Of a stretch of 53,242 bases of DNA, positions 15,501 to 25,265 are shown in pieces. Under the pieces are notes generated by a model that worked only from the letters and a program-made list of their open reading frames with translations, did not search any database and was not told the DNA's origin. Each line of letters starts with the position of its first letter. The stretch's first letter is position 1. The position numbers and the translations under genes are program-made. Source of the stretch: Escherichia phage CF2; sequence record KY608966. One strand, 5' to 3'.

Positions 15501-18457
15501 TGCACACGATGTTGCTTAAAGACGGATCAGACCATCGAGCTAATGTCGAAAGCCTTATCGAAGGTCACCACCATTTTCTTGAGCGCAATACTGGCAGAAC
15601 TGACGACGCTACGCGTCAGCACTATATCTTCAATCCAGAAGGAGTAGTGTCGAACAACCGCCATTTTATTGCACACACCATGATGGAGTATCAACCTAAC
15701 GGTGATGCTCCGTCTGAAAGTCAGTCGCTGCTAATACTCGGCGAAATTCACGCGTACCTTGCTACTAAGGAACAGCGGTACCTTGACAAAGCAATTGAGT
15801 ACTTCAATGCTTACGTCAAGTACTATTACGAGGGGGACCCAATCCCTGATACTCCTCGTCGCTGGATCGCTAACTGGCTTTGTAATGGCAAAGAGCCTGT
15901 GCTAGCCAGCTTCCCAATCAACCCTGATTCACCAACACAAGGCGGCTATAAAAATGTGCCAGTTAAATTTGTTAACGGCAAAGCACAAATCCCTCATGGT
16001 TCTCCTTTCTGGGGCGAGTACCTGGATGTTGCTACTTGGGCCCACAGGGGACACATGGCTTGGCCTGCTATTAATGGTGGTGTCCGTGTTATTAAAAATA
16101 AAGTTGACTGGGACGATATTTACAACAATTATCGCATCACTACCATGCCAGCTGACCCGTGGAATCAGTTAGCCTGGATTGACTGGCCGAGGTATCTGGG
16201 TGAACCAAGCTACACTGTGGACTGGTCAGCAGCTGAACCTCCTGTACATCTCATCGAGTATATTGTTGCATGGACCAATAACAAGATTGGTGTTCTACCT
16301 GGCAAAAACGATGAGCTATGGGGAGGCGAGATTCTTGAGACTGGACTGCCTGACTCTCGCAGAGGTGAGATTCAGCTACGTGACCATACTATCAACGGTG
16401 TGTACCTGCTTAACTATGCTGTTAAGCTTCCTGTTGAACATGGTGGTTATTTGCTTAAGCGAAATGAAGTATGGCACAACAGACCGGTAAACGTTCCATT
16501 GTACGGCGAGCTTCAACGCGGTAATGCTGCTGATGCTGAGTTGTGGTTCTGTGACTGCTGCTATATGCTGTGGCGAATTACTAACGAGCAAAAGTATTAC
16601 AACGCTTGGCAAGCTGTCCTGTTTACACTGGAGGAGTATATTGACATCGATAAACAAGACCAGTTCTTCCGACAAGACACTCACGCGTCGTCTCCGTTTA
16701 CTGATGGCATCTCTTATGATTGGTCTTATCCTGAACTGGCACAAGCTATATATTCACGTGATGAAAATGGTTATATAGTTCTACGTCAGAACGAAAAAGC
16801 TCAATCATCTCTGGAGCAGCAGGCTGTATGGTTTAAGTGTAAGCCAACAGCTAAGATACGTACAGAAGTTGGTGGCAAAGATGATGCTGGTCAGAATATC
16901 AGTGTCAAGGTGGAAATGTACATGAACCGTGAAAAGGTTGACGTCGAGCAAAACATCTATCGTTTTGTCACACAGCTACCTGCTCTTGGTGCTTCACCTG
17001 CTAACTACGACATTCCATTAAGCGATTTTGTCGCAGGTACTAAGCCAGATGGTTCTGAGTATATCTTAGCTGATATTCGTTCATCCACTGACTATGGCAA
17101 TGCCACTACTGCAGTGTCTTACCGTACTGACATACTTGACAACAGACGTGGCAACACTGTCCGTATGACAATACCGGATAGTTCGTCAGGTGCCATTATA
17201 GGCTTTTGGCTACTGGAATCTTCCCAGGCACCTTTAAACTCGCTGACGTATACTTCTACAGGTCCGTTGTGCATCAAAGTAACTGACGCGCAAGGCTGGA
17301 GTTGGGTACGTGATTTACCTGCCGCACCAGGATGGGTAACTCAGCAGATTCGCACCTGGGAGTTCAGGCTGGCGTCATACCAGGAAAACACAGGTACACC
17401 ACCAGCTAGCCCACAATTCGGCGAGATTAAGCAGTTCTCGTTTGTACTGCCTGACGGCGTTAATACGTCGACAAGTATTAGCTGGTACTGTGTGAATGAT
17501 GTTCCGCCTCGCTATAACTGGCCAATTGGTTATACGATTAAGTATCGTCTTACTTTCTCGGCTGATAACCCGTACACAGCTAGGCTTGGCGACTGTACTG
17601 TGCTGGACTATGAGAATGATAACCTTGCTTACACGCCAGGTGTTATTCCGTTCTCCAACATTTATAACCCTGATTCTAAGCAGTTCGATGGTTGGCACGG
17701 TATACCTTACCCTGGCTATCAGTATCCGTTTGTCTTTACGCATGACGATACTGCAGCAGGTACAATCAGGCTGAACAACATGGTTAACTTTTTGTACGAT
17801 TCTCAGCAATGGTACTATAAGAAGTTCGGTCAGCTAGGTCCTGGTGCATCTGCTTTTATCTGGAACCGTTGGGATAACTTTAAATACGGTGTACCTGATA
17901 CGTTTACCATGTATCACTGGGGTAATGGTAGTGCATGGTCAGGTTACCAGCCTCGTGCTTACTTCTCCGCAGCACGTGGATGGTATGAGCTAGTAAACCG
18001 TGGTAAGCCGGTTCCGAGTAAGCTTATTGCTTATGTGGATAACTGGTCAAAATGGTTGCTTGACTTCATGGAAAGGTCAGGAGGTGTGTCGCCTTCTAAC
18101 TTCCCACAAGAAGGTGTTGCTCTGCCAGTCCCTTCAGACTTCACAGGTCACATGTGCGGGCTATGGCTTGCTGGTGCAGCTATGTCAGCCCTTTGTGGGT
18201 CAACAGTATCAGGACTGGATAAGCTGATGGACATGCTTGTCAATGAGCTGGAAGACCATTACGACATAACTGGTATTCCGGGGCATGTAATGGATGGTGG
18301 TTGGTCACCAGCGTTACGCCTTGAAACTGGTTCAGGACCTGAAAGCAACGCCATGTACTATGGTTTTTACTCTGGCGAAATATTACGAGGGTTGGGCTTA
18401 TACCTGCTGTACAAAAACAAAGGGGCTAAAGCAGATATTTATGATTTAGGCCCGTAA
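15500..18457 (+). CDS. Large virion-associated protein (985 aa), possibly with a carbohydrate-active domain
   Basis: Longest ORF; aromatic- and Trp-rich; domain guess is by eye only. Confidence 0.8.
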   Translation: MHTMLLKDGSDHRANVESLIEGHHHFLERNTGRTDDATRQHYIFNPEGVVSNNRHFIAHTMMEYQPNGDAPSESQSLLILGEIHAYLATKEQRYLDKAIEYFNAYVKYYYEGDPIPDTPRRWIANWLCNGKEPVLASFPINPDSPTQGGYKNVPVKFVNGKAQIPHGSPFWGEYLDVATWAHRGHMAWPAINGGVRVIKNKVDWDDIYNNYRITTMPADPWNQLAWIDWPRYLGEPSYTVDWSAAEPPVHLIEYIVAWTNNKIGVLPGKNDELWGGEILETGLPDSRRGEIQLRDHTINGVYLLNYAVKLPVEHGGYLLKRNEVWHNRPVNVPLYGELQRGNAADAELWFCDCCYMLWRITNEQKYYNAWQAVLFTLEEYIDIDKQDQFFRQDTHASSPFTDGISYDWSYPELAQAIYSRDENGYIVLRQNEKAQSSLEQQAVWFKCKPTAKIRTEVGGKDDAGQNISVKVEMYMNREKVDVEQNIYRFVTQLPALGASPANYDIPLSDFVAGTKPDGSEYILADIRSSTDYGNATTAVSYRTDILDNRRGNTVRMTIPDSSSGAIIGFWLLESSQAPLNSLTYTSTGPLCIKVTDAQGWSWVRDLPAAPGWVTQQIRTWEFRLASYQENTGTPPASPQFGEIKQFSFVLPDGVNTSTSISWYCVNDVPPRYNWPIGYTIKYRLTFSADNPYTARLGDCTVLDYENDNLAYTPGVIPFSNIYNPDSKQFDGWHGIPYPGYQYPFVFTHDDTAAGTIRLNNMVNFLYDSQQWYYKKFGQLGPGASAFIWNRWDNFKYGVPDTFTMYHWGNGSAWSGYQPRAYFSAARGWYELVNRGKPVPSKLIAYVDNWSKWLLDFMERSGGVSPSNFPQEGVALPVPSDFTGHMCGLWLAGAAMSALCGSTVSGLDKLMDMLVNELEDHYDITGIPGHVMDGGWSPALRLETGSGPESNAMYYGFYSGEILRGLGLYLLYKNKGAKADIYDLGP

Positions 18458-18463
18458 CCACTA

Positions 18464-18492
18464 TTTACTTAACCGAGGCGCCAGCCTATAAT
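18464..18492 (+). promoter_or_regulatory. sigma70-type promoter (TTTACT-N17-TATAAT) with the -10 inside a hairpin
   Basis: Hexamers at 18464-18469 and 18487-18492; inverted repeat GCGCCAGC/GCTGGCGC flanks the -10. Confidence 0.55.
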
Positions 18493-18524
18493 AAGCTGGC
18501 GCACCCAATAAGAGGATTCTCCAG

Positions 18525-19163
18525 ATGGCAAATCGTACTACAGCCAACCGTCCTGTTAAAGACGCAGACCTGCGTCAAGAGTCGGTTACTCAGTTCCCGT
18601 TATCCAAGCCAACCAAGCTTGACGAGAACGGAAAATTCATTCCAACCCCAGTTACCGGTGTAACTGCTACACCTAAGGCTAAGTCAATTGCTGTTGGTGA
18701 GTTTACAACTCTGTCAGCAGCAGTAGCCCCGGTAGACGCGGACGACGTTACTGTATTGTGGGAAAGCAATGCGCCTGACAAAGCCACTGTTGATGGTTCA
18801 GGTCGTGTTCAGGGTATTAAAGTTGGTTCAGCAACTATTACTGCTAAATCCAAGCTTGACCCTTCCAAAACCGATACTGTAGCAATTACGGTAACTGCTC
18901 CGCCTGTAGCCGTCACTGGTGTTACGTTAGCGCCTAAGTCGCCAAGTGTTGTAGTAGGCTCTACTGTACAGCTGACTGCAACTGTACTGCCTGCTGGCGC
19001 TACTAACAAAGCTGTTACCTACGAATCAAACGACCAGGCTAAAGCTACCGTTAGTGCAACTGGTCTGGTTACCGGTAAAGCAGCTGGTGTCGTCACCATC
19101 ACTGTCAAAACAGCTGATGGCAGCTTCACTGACACCGCGTCAGTAACTGTTACTGCTGAGTAA
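18525..19163 (+). CDS. Ig-like (BIG2) domain virion protein
   Basis: Repeats of the pattern VTYESN..KATV..TGLVTG..AG..TITVKT. Confidence 0.75.
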   Translation: MANRTTANRPVKDADLRQESVTQFPLSKPTKLDENGKFIPTPVTGVTATPKAKSIAVGEFTTLSAAVAPVDADDVTVLWESNAPDKATVDGSGRVQGIKVGSATITAKSKLDPSKTDTVAITVTAPPVAVTGVTLAPKSPSVVVGSTVQLTATVLPAGATNKAVTYESNDQAKATVSATGLVTGKAAGVVTITVKTADGSFTDTASVTVTAE

Positions 19164-19174
19164 GGAGCTGATTG

Positions 19175-21304
19175 ATGTCGCTTCCACTTAATGAGGTTGT
19201 CGACGTCCAGTTCAGTAAGAGCAACGGGGGTAAAGGTTTTACCCCCAATGTTCCGCTGGAAGGTATAATGCTTTCCAACTACGAGTACTCAATCGTCGCG
19301 GGTGATGACCCTGTTCAGCTAGTTGTGCGTTACATTCCAACCAACGCTACTGAGCGTGGTATGGCATGGAAATCTAGCGACCCGGACGTTATCACTGTTG
19401 ATGAGCTCGGATTTGTGAAGCCACTGGCGGAAGGTGTTGCATACGTGACTGGTACGTCTGTTGACGGCGGTTATACAGTACGGGCAAAGTTTAACATTGC
19501 TCGGGCACCTATCCTTGTTGAATCTGTTACAGTGTCTCCCACAAGTGTGACACTTGAAGAGGGCAAGACTCAACGCCTGACATACACCTATTTACCTGCT
19601 AACGCAGATAATCCTGATTTCTACTGGATTTCAGATGATGAGTCTGTTGCTGTCGTTAGCGACAACGGGCTTGTCACTGCCATTGGAGATGGCGAAACAA
19701 CTGTAAACGTACAGTACGGTGTTGACAGCTCTATATTCGATAGCTGTACAGTAACTGTTATTCCTCCTGTTGTGCACGTTACAGGAGTCGAGTTTCTTAC
19801 TCAGTCACCTCTTAACGTTAATATCGGAAGCACAGCTGGTACTAGTATTCGTATATCGCCAGAAGATGCCACTGACAAAACAGTGACATACGAAAGCAAT
19901 GCACCTACTATAGCAACTGTGGACACTGACGGAAATGTTACTGGTATTGTAGCTGGTAATGCCACTGTTACTGTTAAGACGAATGACGGTGATAAGACTG
20001 ACACTCTTGACATTATAGTCAGGGTGCCTGCTGTAAATGTTACCGGTGTAAGTATTGACGAAGGCGATACAGCTTCCATGGAAGTTGGTGACACTCTTCA
20101 GCTACATGCCACTGTGACTCCTGAAAATGCTACTGACCCATCTGTTGTATGGAGTGCTCCTGTATCAGAAGTTGCGTCTGTTACTGAAGCTGGTTTGGTA
20201 ACCGCTAACGCTGCAGGCTTAATTGATGTTACTGTTATCACTAATGACGGGAACTTTACAGATAGAATCGAGGTTAAAGTTACAGACCCTAGCATCGCAG
20301 TTACGGATGTTGCATGGGCTCCTGACTCTCCGACTAAAGTAAGCGCTGGCCATCAGGTGCAGACTAAAATTGTTATAACACCTGACAACGCAACCAATAA
20401 AAAAGTCAGTTACAATAGCTCAAATCCTGACGCTGTTACTGTTGACACTAACGGAGTTATATACGGTCAATCTCCTGGAACTTCGACTATTACAGTTACA
20501 ACAGACGACGGTGGACTTGAGGCTTCATTTGTAGCTACTTGCACGGAGGTGGCTGTTATTACACCAGATGGTCTTGGTGGTATCCCAATTGGTGGTACTC
20601 AGCAGCTCACTTATACTGTTAGTCCGTCTGACGCTGAGCTGACTAATATTCGTTATGAGTCTGCTGACCCAGCTATTGCAACTGTTGATTCGTCTGGCGT
20701 TGTAACTGGTGTTGCTAGCGGCGGATGTAACATCTGGATTTACGCAACTAGCAATGGCGCTGACATTAGTGCAGCCACTTGGGCACAAATCTCTGAGAAG
20801 GTACAGGTATATCCTCAGTACGCCGAATGGCTTGTGGGTAACACCAAACAGCTTGATGTTGAGATTTATCCGTCGGACTCTAAGAGCGTTACCGTTACTT
20901 ATGAATCGTCAAATGACGCTATCATTAGTATAGATGCAAATGGTTTGATGACTGCTAAGTCTGAAGGTTCAGCAACTATTACTGCTAACGTTGTGATGAA
21001 CGGTGTTGCTGCGTCTGGTACAACATCTCCTTACGTGTCTGAGCTTTCTGTTACTACTGATTCGCTGCCTGCACTTACTGTTGGCAACACGCAGCAGCTG
21101 GTTGTAACTGTTAGACCTGAATACGCTAAGACAGACCCAGGCTATAACATTCAGTATACAACTACAGACGATACTGTCGCTACTGTAAGTACTACCGGTG
21201 TTATTACTGGCGTTGGTAACGGTGGATGTCGTATTGGTGCCACAGTAACTGTGAGAAATGCTACAGCGTCGGACAGCTCTTATCAGTCCGTCGATGCAGC
21301 ATAA
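19175..21304 (+). CDS. Multi-BIG2-repeat virion surface protein (709 aa)
   Basis: At least 7 tandem Ig-like modules; ATG at 19175 with SD AAGGAG (track start 19172 is TTG). Confidence 0.75.
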   Translation: MSLPLNEVVDVQFSKSNGGKGFTPNVPLEGIMLSNYEYSIVAGDDPVQLVVRYIPTNATERGMAWKSSDPDVITVDELGFVKPLAEGVAYVTGTSVDGGYTVRAKFNIARAPILVESVTVSPTSVTLEEGKTQRLTYTYLPANADNPDFYWISDDESVAVVSDNGLVTAIGDGETTVNVQYGVDSSIFDSCTVTVIPPVVHVTGVEFLTQSPLNVNIGSTAGTSIRISPEDATDKTVTYESNAPTIATVDTDGNVTGIVAGNATVTVKTNDGDKTDTLDIIVRVPAVNVTGVSIDEGDTASMEVGDTLQLHATVTPENATDPSVVWSAPVSEVASVTEAGLVTANAAGLIDVTVITNDGNFTDRIEVKVTDPSIAVTDVAWAPDSPTKVSAGHQVQTKIVITPDNATNKKVSYNSSNPDAVTVDTNGVIYGQSPGTSTITVTTDDGGLEASFVATCTEVAVITPDGLGGIPIGGTQQLTYTVSPSDAELTNIRYESADPAIATVDSSGVVTGVASGGCNIWIYATSNGADISAATWAQISEKVQVYPQYAEWLVGNTKQLDVEIYPSDSKSVTVTYESSNDAIISIDANGLMTAKSEGSATITANVVMNGVAASGTTSPYVSELSVTTDSLPALTVGNTQQLVVTVRPEYAKTDPGYNIQYTTTDDTVATVSTTGVITGVGNGGCRIGATVTVRNATASDSSYQSVDAA

Positions 21305-21329
21305 AAATTAATTAACTTTGCACTGGCCA

Positions 21330-21358
21330 TTTACTTGGTTAAACTTACTGAGTATAAT
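21330..21358 (+). promoter_or_regulatory. sigma70-type promoter (TTTACT-N17-TATAAT) for the tail genes
   Basis: Hexamers at 21330-21335 and 21353-21358, enclosed by inverted repeat GGCCAT/ATGGCC. Confidence 0.55.
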
Positions 21359-21390
21359 GGCCGGAAAGTCCACCCAAGAGGTAAACAAAA

Positions 21391-22530
21391 ATGCCGTTGA
21401 ATGTAAACCAGATTGTAAACGTTCAACTGAACAACACTCCAACTGGTATCAGCAAAGGTGACTTCGGTAAGCTGGCTCTTTTAACTCAGGACCCTGGCAC
21501 TGCTTTTCCTGACAGCGACAACGGACACTATGTTGAAATCGGCAGCTACTCTGAAGCCGAGTCTTATTGGGGTACTGGTTCAGTTGTACTTGGCGCGCTG
21601 AAGATTTTCTTTGCACAATCTCCGCGTCCTCGTTCAGTAGTTATCGCCTCATGGAGCAACACCTCTACTCTGGATGCGGCTATTAAAGCATTCAACGATG
21701 TGTATCCTGACTGGTATGTTCTGCGTCCGCTTCCGCCTACTGGCGAGCTGTCTGACGATGACATCAGTTTGCTGGCGTCAACTGTTGCTGCTTACGATAA
21801 AAAACGTTGCAGCTACACTACCACTAAAGCAACTCATATTGAAAACAGCGACTCCAACCCGATTAAAGTTCTGGCTGGTAAAGGCTACAACAATATGTGG
21901 CTTCAGTACGATAAGAACAACCAACACTATGCAGACATTTCTGCTATGGCGCGTGCTCTGTCTGTTAACTTCTCTGGTAACCGCACTACGATTACCATGA
22001 AGTTCAAACAAGAGCCTGGTATTACACCGAACAACACTTTAACGCTCACTGAAGCTAACAAGTGTAAAGCGCTGGGTATTAACTGGTACACCTACTACAG
22101 CACCTTTGCTATGCTTGCAGAAGGTACTGTCCTCGGTACGTCCAAGCCGCCGCGCTTCTGGGATGAAGTACATGGTCTCGACTGGTTCTGTAACGCTGTC
22201 CAGACTTATGTCTTCAACTCAATCGCTACGTCACCCACGAAGGTGCCGCAGACGAACAAAGGTCACGAGCGCCTTACCGGTGCTGCAGCTGTTGCTTGTC
22301 AGCAGGCTGTCGACAACGGCTTGGTTGCACCTGGTATCTGGTACGGTGATGAGTTTGGTACACTGTCTTATGGTGACCGACTCGAAACAGGTTTCTACAT
22401 CTACATCCCTGACGTAGATGACCAGCCTCTGGATGAGCGTGAAGCTCGTCAGGCCGTTGTAATGCAAATCGCGATTAAGCTGGCTGGTGCAATCCACTCC
22501 AGCGACATCCTGATTAACTTCACTCGCTAA
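21391..22530 (+). CDS. Putative tail sheath protein
   Basis: 379 aa, first gene of tail block, followed by tube-sized and chaperone-sized ORFs and tape measure. Confidence 0.55.
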   Translation: MPLNVNQIVNVQLNNTPTGISKGDFGKLALLTQDPGTAFPDSDNGHYVEIGSYSEAESYWGTGSVVLGALKIFFAQSPRPRSVVIASWSNTSTLDAAIKAFNDVYPDWYVLRPLPPTGELSDDDISLLASTVAAYDKKRCSYTTTKATHIENSDSNPIKVLAGKGYNNMWLQYDKNNQHYADISAMARALSVNFSGNRTTITMKFKQEPGITPNNTLTLTEANKCKALGINWYTYYSTFAMLAEGTVLGTSKPPRFWDEVHGLDWFCNAVQTYVFNSIATSPTKVPQTNKGHERLTGAAAVACQQAVDNGLVAPGIWYGDEFGTLSYGDRLETGFYIYIPDVDDQPLDEREARQAVVMQIAIKLAGAIHSSDILINFTR

Positions 22531-22541
22531 GGAGCAGATCA

Positions 22542-22973
22542 ATGATCATCGATTCTTCTGAATGCGTGTTGAGCCTGAATGGTGTTCAGCTGTCCGACTG
22601 GGCAGACGGTGCCGATGTCATTGACGTGCAATGGGTGGACCCGGCTTCCACCTATCTTGCAGGTGCAGATGGCAATGGCATTCAGATTATGAACCCGTCC
22701 AAAGCCATTAAGCTAACTATCAAGGTTAAGCAAAATGGTCCGGATGCCAAATGGCTTAACGACCAGTACAACCTGCAGCGTAACAACATTCGTGGATTCG
22801 TCCCGTTTGTGCTGCAAGCCAAAGACCTGCTAAACCAGGATTTGGCATGGGGTAAAAAAGGTTACTTTACCGATGGTTCCCCGTGGACTCGCGGTAACGG
22901 CCATAACCCGACTACCTTCGCTATTGTGTTCCACCAAGGTGGTATGCAGTTGACTGAAGGCTTTGACCAGTAA
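22542..22973 (+). CDS. Putative tail tube protein
   Basis: 143 aa between sheath and chaperone. Confidence 0.5.
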   Translation: MIIDSSECVLSLNGVQLSDWADGADVIDVQWVDPASTYLAGADGNGIQIMNPSKAIKLTIKVKQNGPDAKWLNDQYNLQRNNIRGFVPFVLQAKDLLNQDLAWGKKGYFTDGSPWTRGNGHNPTTFAIVFHQGGMQLTEGFDQ

Positions 22974-22991
22974 CAATAGAGGAAAGCACAA

Positions 22992-23420
22992 ATGACTGAG
23001 CCCAAATCATTTGACATCGACGACGTAACGTACAACATGACACTCGCAAACGCGCTACAAGCCTGGACAGTTCTGAAAAAAGCAGGTAAGCTGTTCAAAG
23101 GCATTGGCAACGCGGACATTGTGGGTAAAGACGGCAAAGTGGACGGTAAGAAAGCAATGCTGGTCCTGTTGGACGCTGTTCTGGAGAACGCAGGTTCTGA
23201 CGAGATGACAGCTATTGAGGAACTAATCTTCCGCAATACTGTTGTTGTAGTTGATGGCAAACCGCGTAAGCTGTCTGACTGTAAAGACCAACACTTCAAC
23301 GCACATCGTAGCCATATCTTCGGTGTGCTCAAGGAGGGATTGGTGTATCAGTTCGCGGATTTTTTCAAAGGGAATGGCCTGTCAGGTCTAGCGGGTCTAG
23401 CCACGCCCTTGACGAAATAA
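22992..23420 (+). CDS. Tail assembly chaperone (short form)
   Basis: 142 aa immediately upstream of tape measure. Confidence 0.5.
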   Translation: MTEPKSFDIDDVTYNMTLANALQAWTVLKKAGKLFKGIGNADIVGKDGKVDGKKAMLVLLDAVLENAGSDEMTAIEELIFRNTVVVVDGKPRKLSDCKDQHFNAHRSHIFGVLKEGLVYQFADFFKGNGLSGLAGLATPLTK

Positions 23421-23602
23421 AACGCAAGCAACAGTCAGGGACGCAAGAAACTGACTGGTTCGTTTGGCTTCCTATTCTCAAGGGTCATGTGACCCTTGCA
23501 GAATTAAAGTCGTCATACAGCTTGTGTGATTTGTGCGACCTGCATATTGCTATTCTGGACTATGCCGAGTTAGAGGAAATCCATGGCGACCATAATCGAT
23601 AG
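22992..23602 (+). CDS. Tail assembly chaperone, predicted -1 frameshift long form
   Basis: Heptamer T_TTT_TTC at 23360-23366; -1 frame open 79 codons to TAG at 23600-23602. Confidence 0.4.
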
Positions 23603-25265
23603 CTTTCTGGTAACGCTTGAGAGTAAAGCTGATAGTTCTGGCTTTGACCTCTTCGACCAGCTGTCCCGCCGTTTTGTGATTACCCTCGGCGATGTGATCA
23701 ATCTTGCTGAGCGTGCCGCTGGTGCGCTTGGTAAGATGTTTGCGCCTGCGTTAGAGGCTGACGTACTCGCCGCCAAGATTAAAGGCTTCGGCTACGACGT
23801 TGAGTCGACGTGGAAAACGCTGATGGATATGTCTCTGCAAATGGGTACACCATTCCAGGAGGCACTAGACGGCTTTACTAAACTTAAATCGTATGGCGTT
23901 GACCCGTTAAACGGTTCGCTACAAATGCTCAAAACAATCACTGCTGCAACAGGCGGTGATTTGGCACGTACCATTGTTGCGTATGGCCAGGCGTCTGCGA
24001 TGGGTTCATTGCAGGGCCAGGAAAAGAACCAGTTCATTAACGCCGGTGTTGACATCTGGGGCGCATTGTCCCGCTACACTGGTAAGAAGCTTGGCGAGCT
24101 TCAGGATATGATGCGGCAGAAGCAAATCACTGCCGACATACTGACTAGCGCGCTCAAACAAGAAGCCGAGCGTTTAAAACCAATTGCCCACGAAGTGTCT
24201 CAGACACTCAAAGCGCAGTTAACTAACCTGAGCACAATTTGGTATGCTGCTCGTTCTAAGATTGCCCAGACCAGAGTATGGGATGAGGTAACTAAAGGTG
24301 CGATAGGTATGGTTAAGTCACTCACAGCAGTGCTTAACGATACCACACTTACTGCGGCATTTAAAAAGTTCGACGAAGTTGTATTCAATACAATTGAAAA
24401 CGTAAAACGACTTATCTACGTTATCGGGGATAACTTCCCGTTAATGGTTGCGATAACCTCATACGCACTGCTGTCACTTATTCCCGTGCTGGCGGCGCTT
24501 ATTCCCTGGCTAGCTAAGGTCGGCAACGCCTTTGTGGGTTTAGCTACCAAAATGCTTATGAATCCGCTCACGTGGTTCGCACTGGCTATCGGCACAGTTG
24601 TTGCTGTACTCACTGACCTCGATGACGCTCTGGCAGGACGTGAGACAGTTGTTAAGTGGTCAAAAGATGTTGTAGCCGCATGGGGAATTGTCAAGCAGTA
24701 TATCGTAGTTATTGCAGACTTTATTCTGTCAATATTTGACGGTCGCTTATGGAACAAACTCGGTAACTGGTGGCAAGGTTTCCTTGTTGAAGTTAAGCAA
24801 GGCATAGAGCAGATAAAGCTTTGGTTGTCTGAAGCACTTTACCAGCTGCCTGGTGGTAAGTTCCTGATGGCGTTGTTTGGTAAGCTCGATTCTACACTGG
24901 GCTTTGCTGGCAACAAACTTGTGGCAGGCGCTGAAGCTACTGCTAATGCTGTATCACCTACAACTGAACGGGGCGGAAGCTTCTGGCGTAGGGCACTCAA
25001 CTGGTCTATGCGTAACTTCAACCCTATTACAGGGGAGATGACAGCTGGAGGCCAGGCTATGCAGTCAGCTATAAATACAGCTAAGCAAAACCAACAACAG
25101 AACGCAACTGTTATCCATCAGGACAATAGCGTTAAAGTTGATGCTACTATTACCGGTGTACAAAACCCACAAGAAGTAGGTCGTGAGGTCAACGACCAGG
25201 TCAAACAGGCGCAGAAAGAGAATGCTACTGTAAGGGCTAACAACAAAACGGCGGTAACACAATGA
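23583..25265 (+). CDS. Tail tape measure protein
   Basis: 560 aa; hydrophobic central segments; Q-rich C-terminus; position after chaperone. Confidence 0.8.
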   Translation: MATIIDSFLVTLESKADSSGFDLFDQLSRRFVITLGDVINLAERAAGALGKMFAPALEADVLAAKIKGFGYDVESTWKTLMDMSLQMGTPFQEALDGFTKLKSYGVDPLNGSLQMLKTITAATGGDLARTIVAYGQASAMGSLQGQEKNQFINAGVDIWGALSRYTGKKLGELQDMMRQKQITADILTSALKQEAERLKPIAHEVSQTLKAQLTNLSTIWYAARSKIAQTRVWDEVTKGAIGMVKSLTAVLNDTTLTAAFKKFDEVVFNTIENVKRLIYVIGDNFPLMVAITSYALLSLIPVLAALIPWLAKVGNAFVGLATKMLMNPLTWFALAIGTVVAVLTDLDDALAGRETVVKWSKDVVAAWGIVKQYIVVIADFILSIFDGRLWNKLGNWWQGFLVEVKQGIEQIKLWLSEALYQLPGGKFLMALFGKLDSTLGFAGNKLVAGAEATANAVSPTTERGGSFWRRALNWSMRNFNPITGEMTAGGQAMQSAINTAKQNQQQNATVIHQDNSVKVDATITGVQNPQEVGREVNDQVKQAQKENATVRANNKTAVTQ

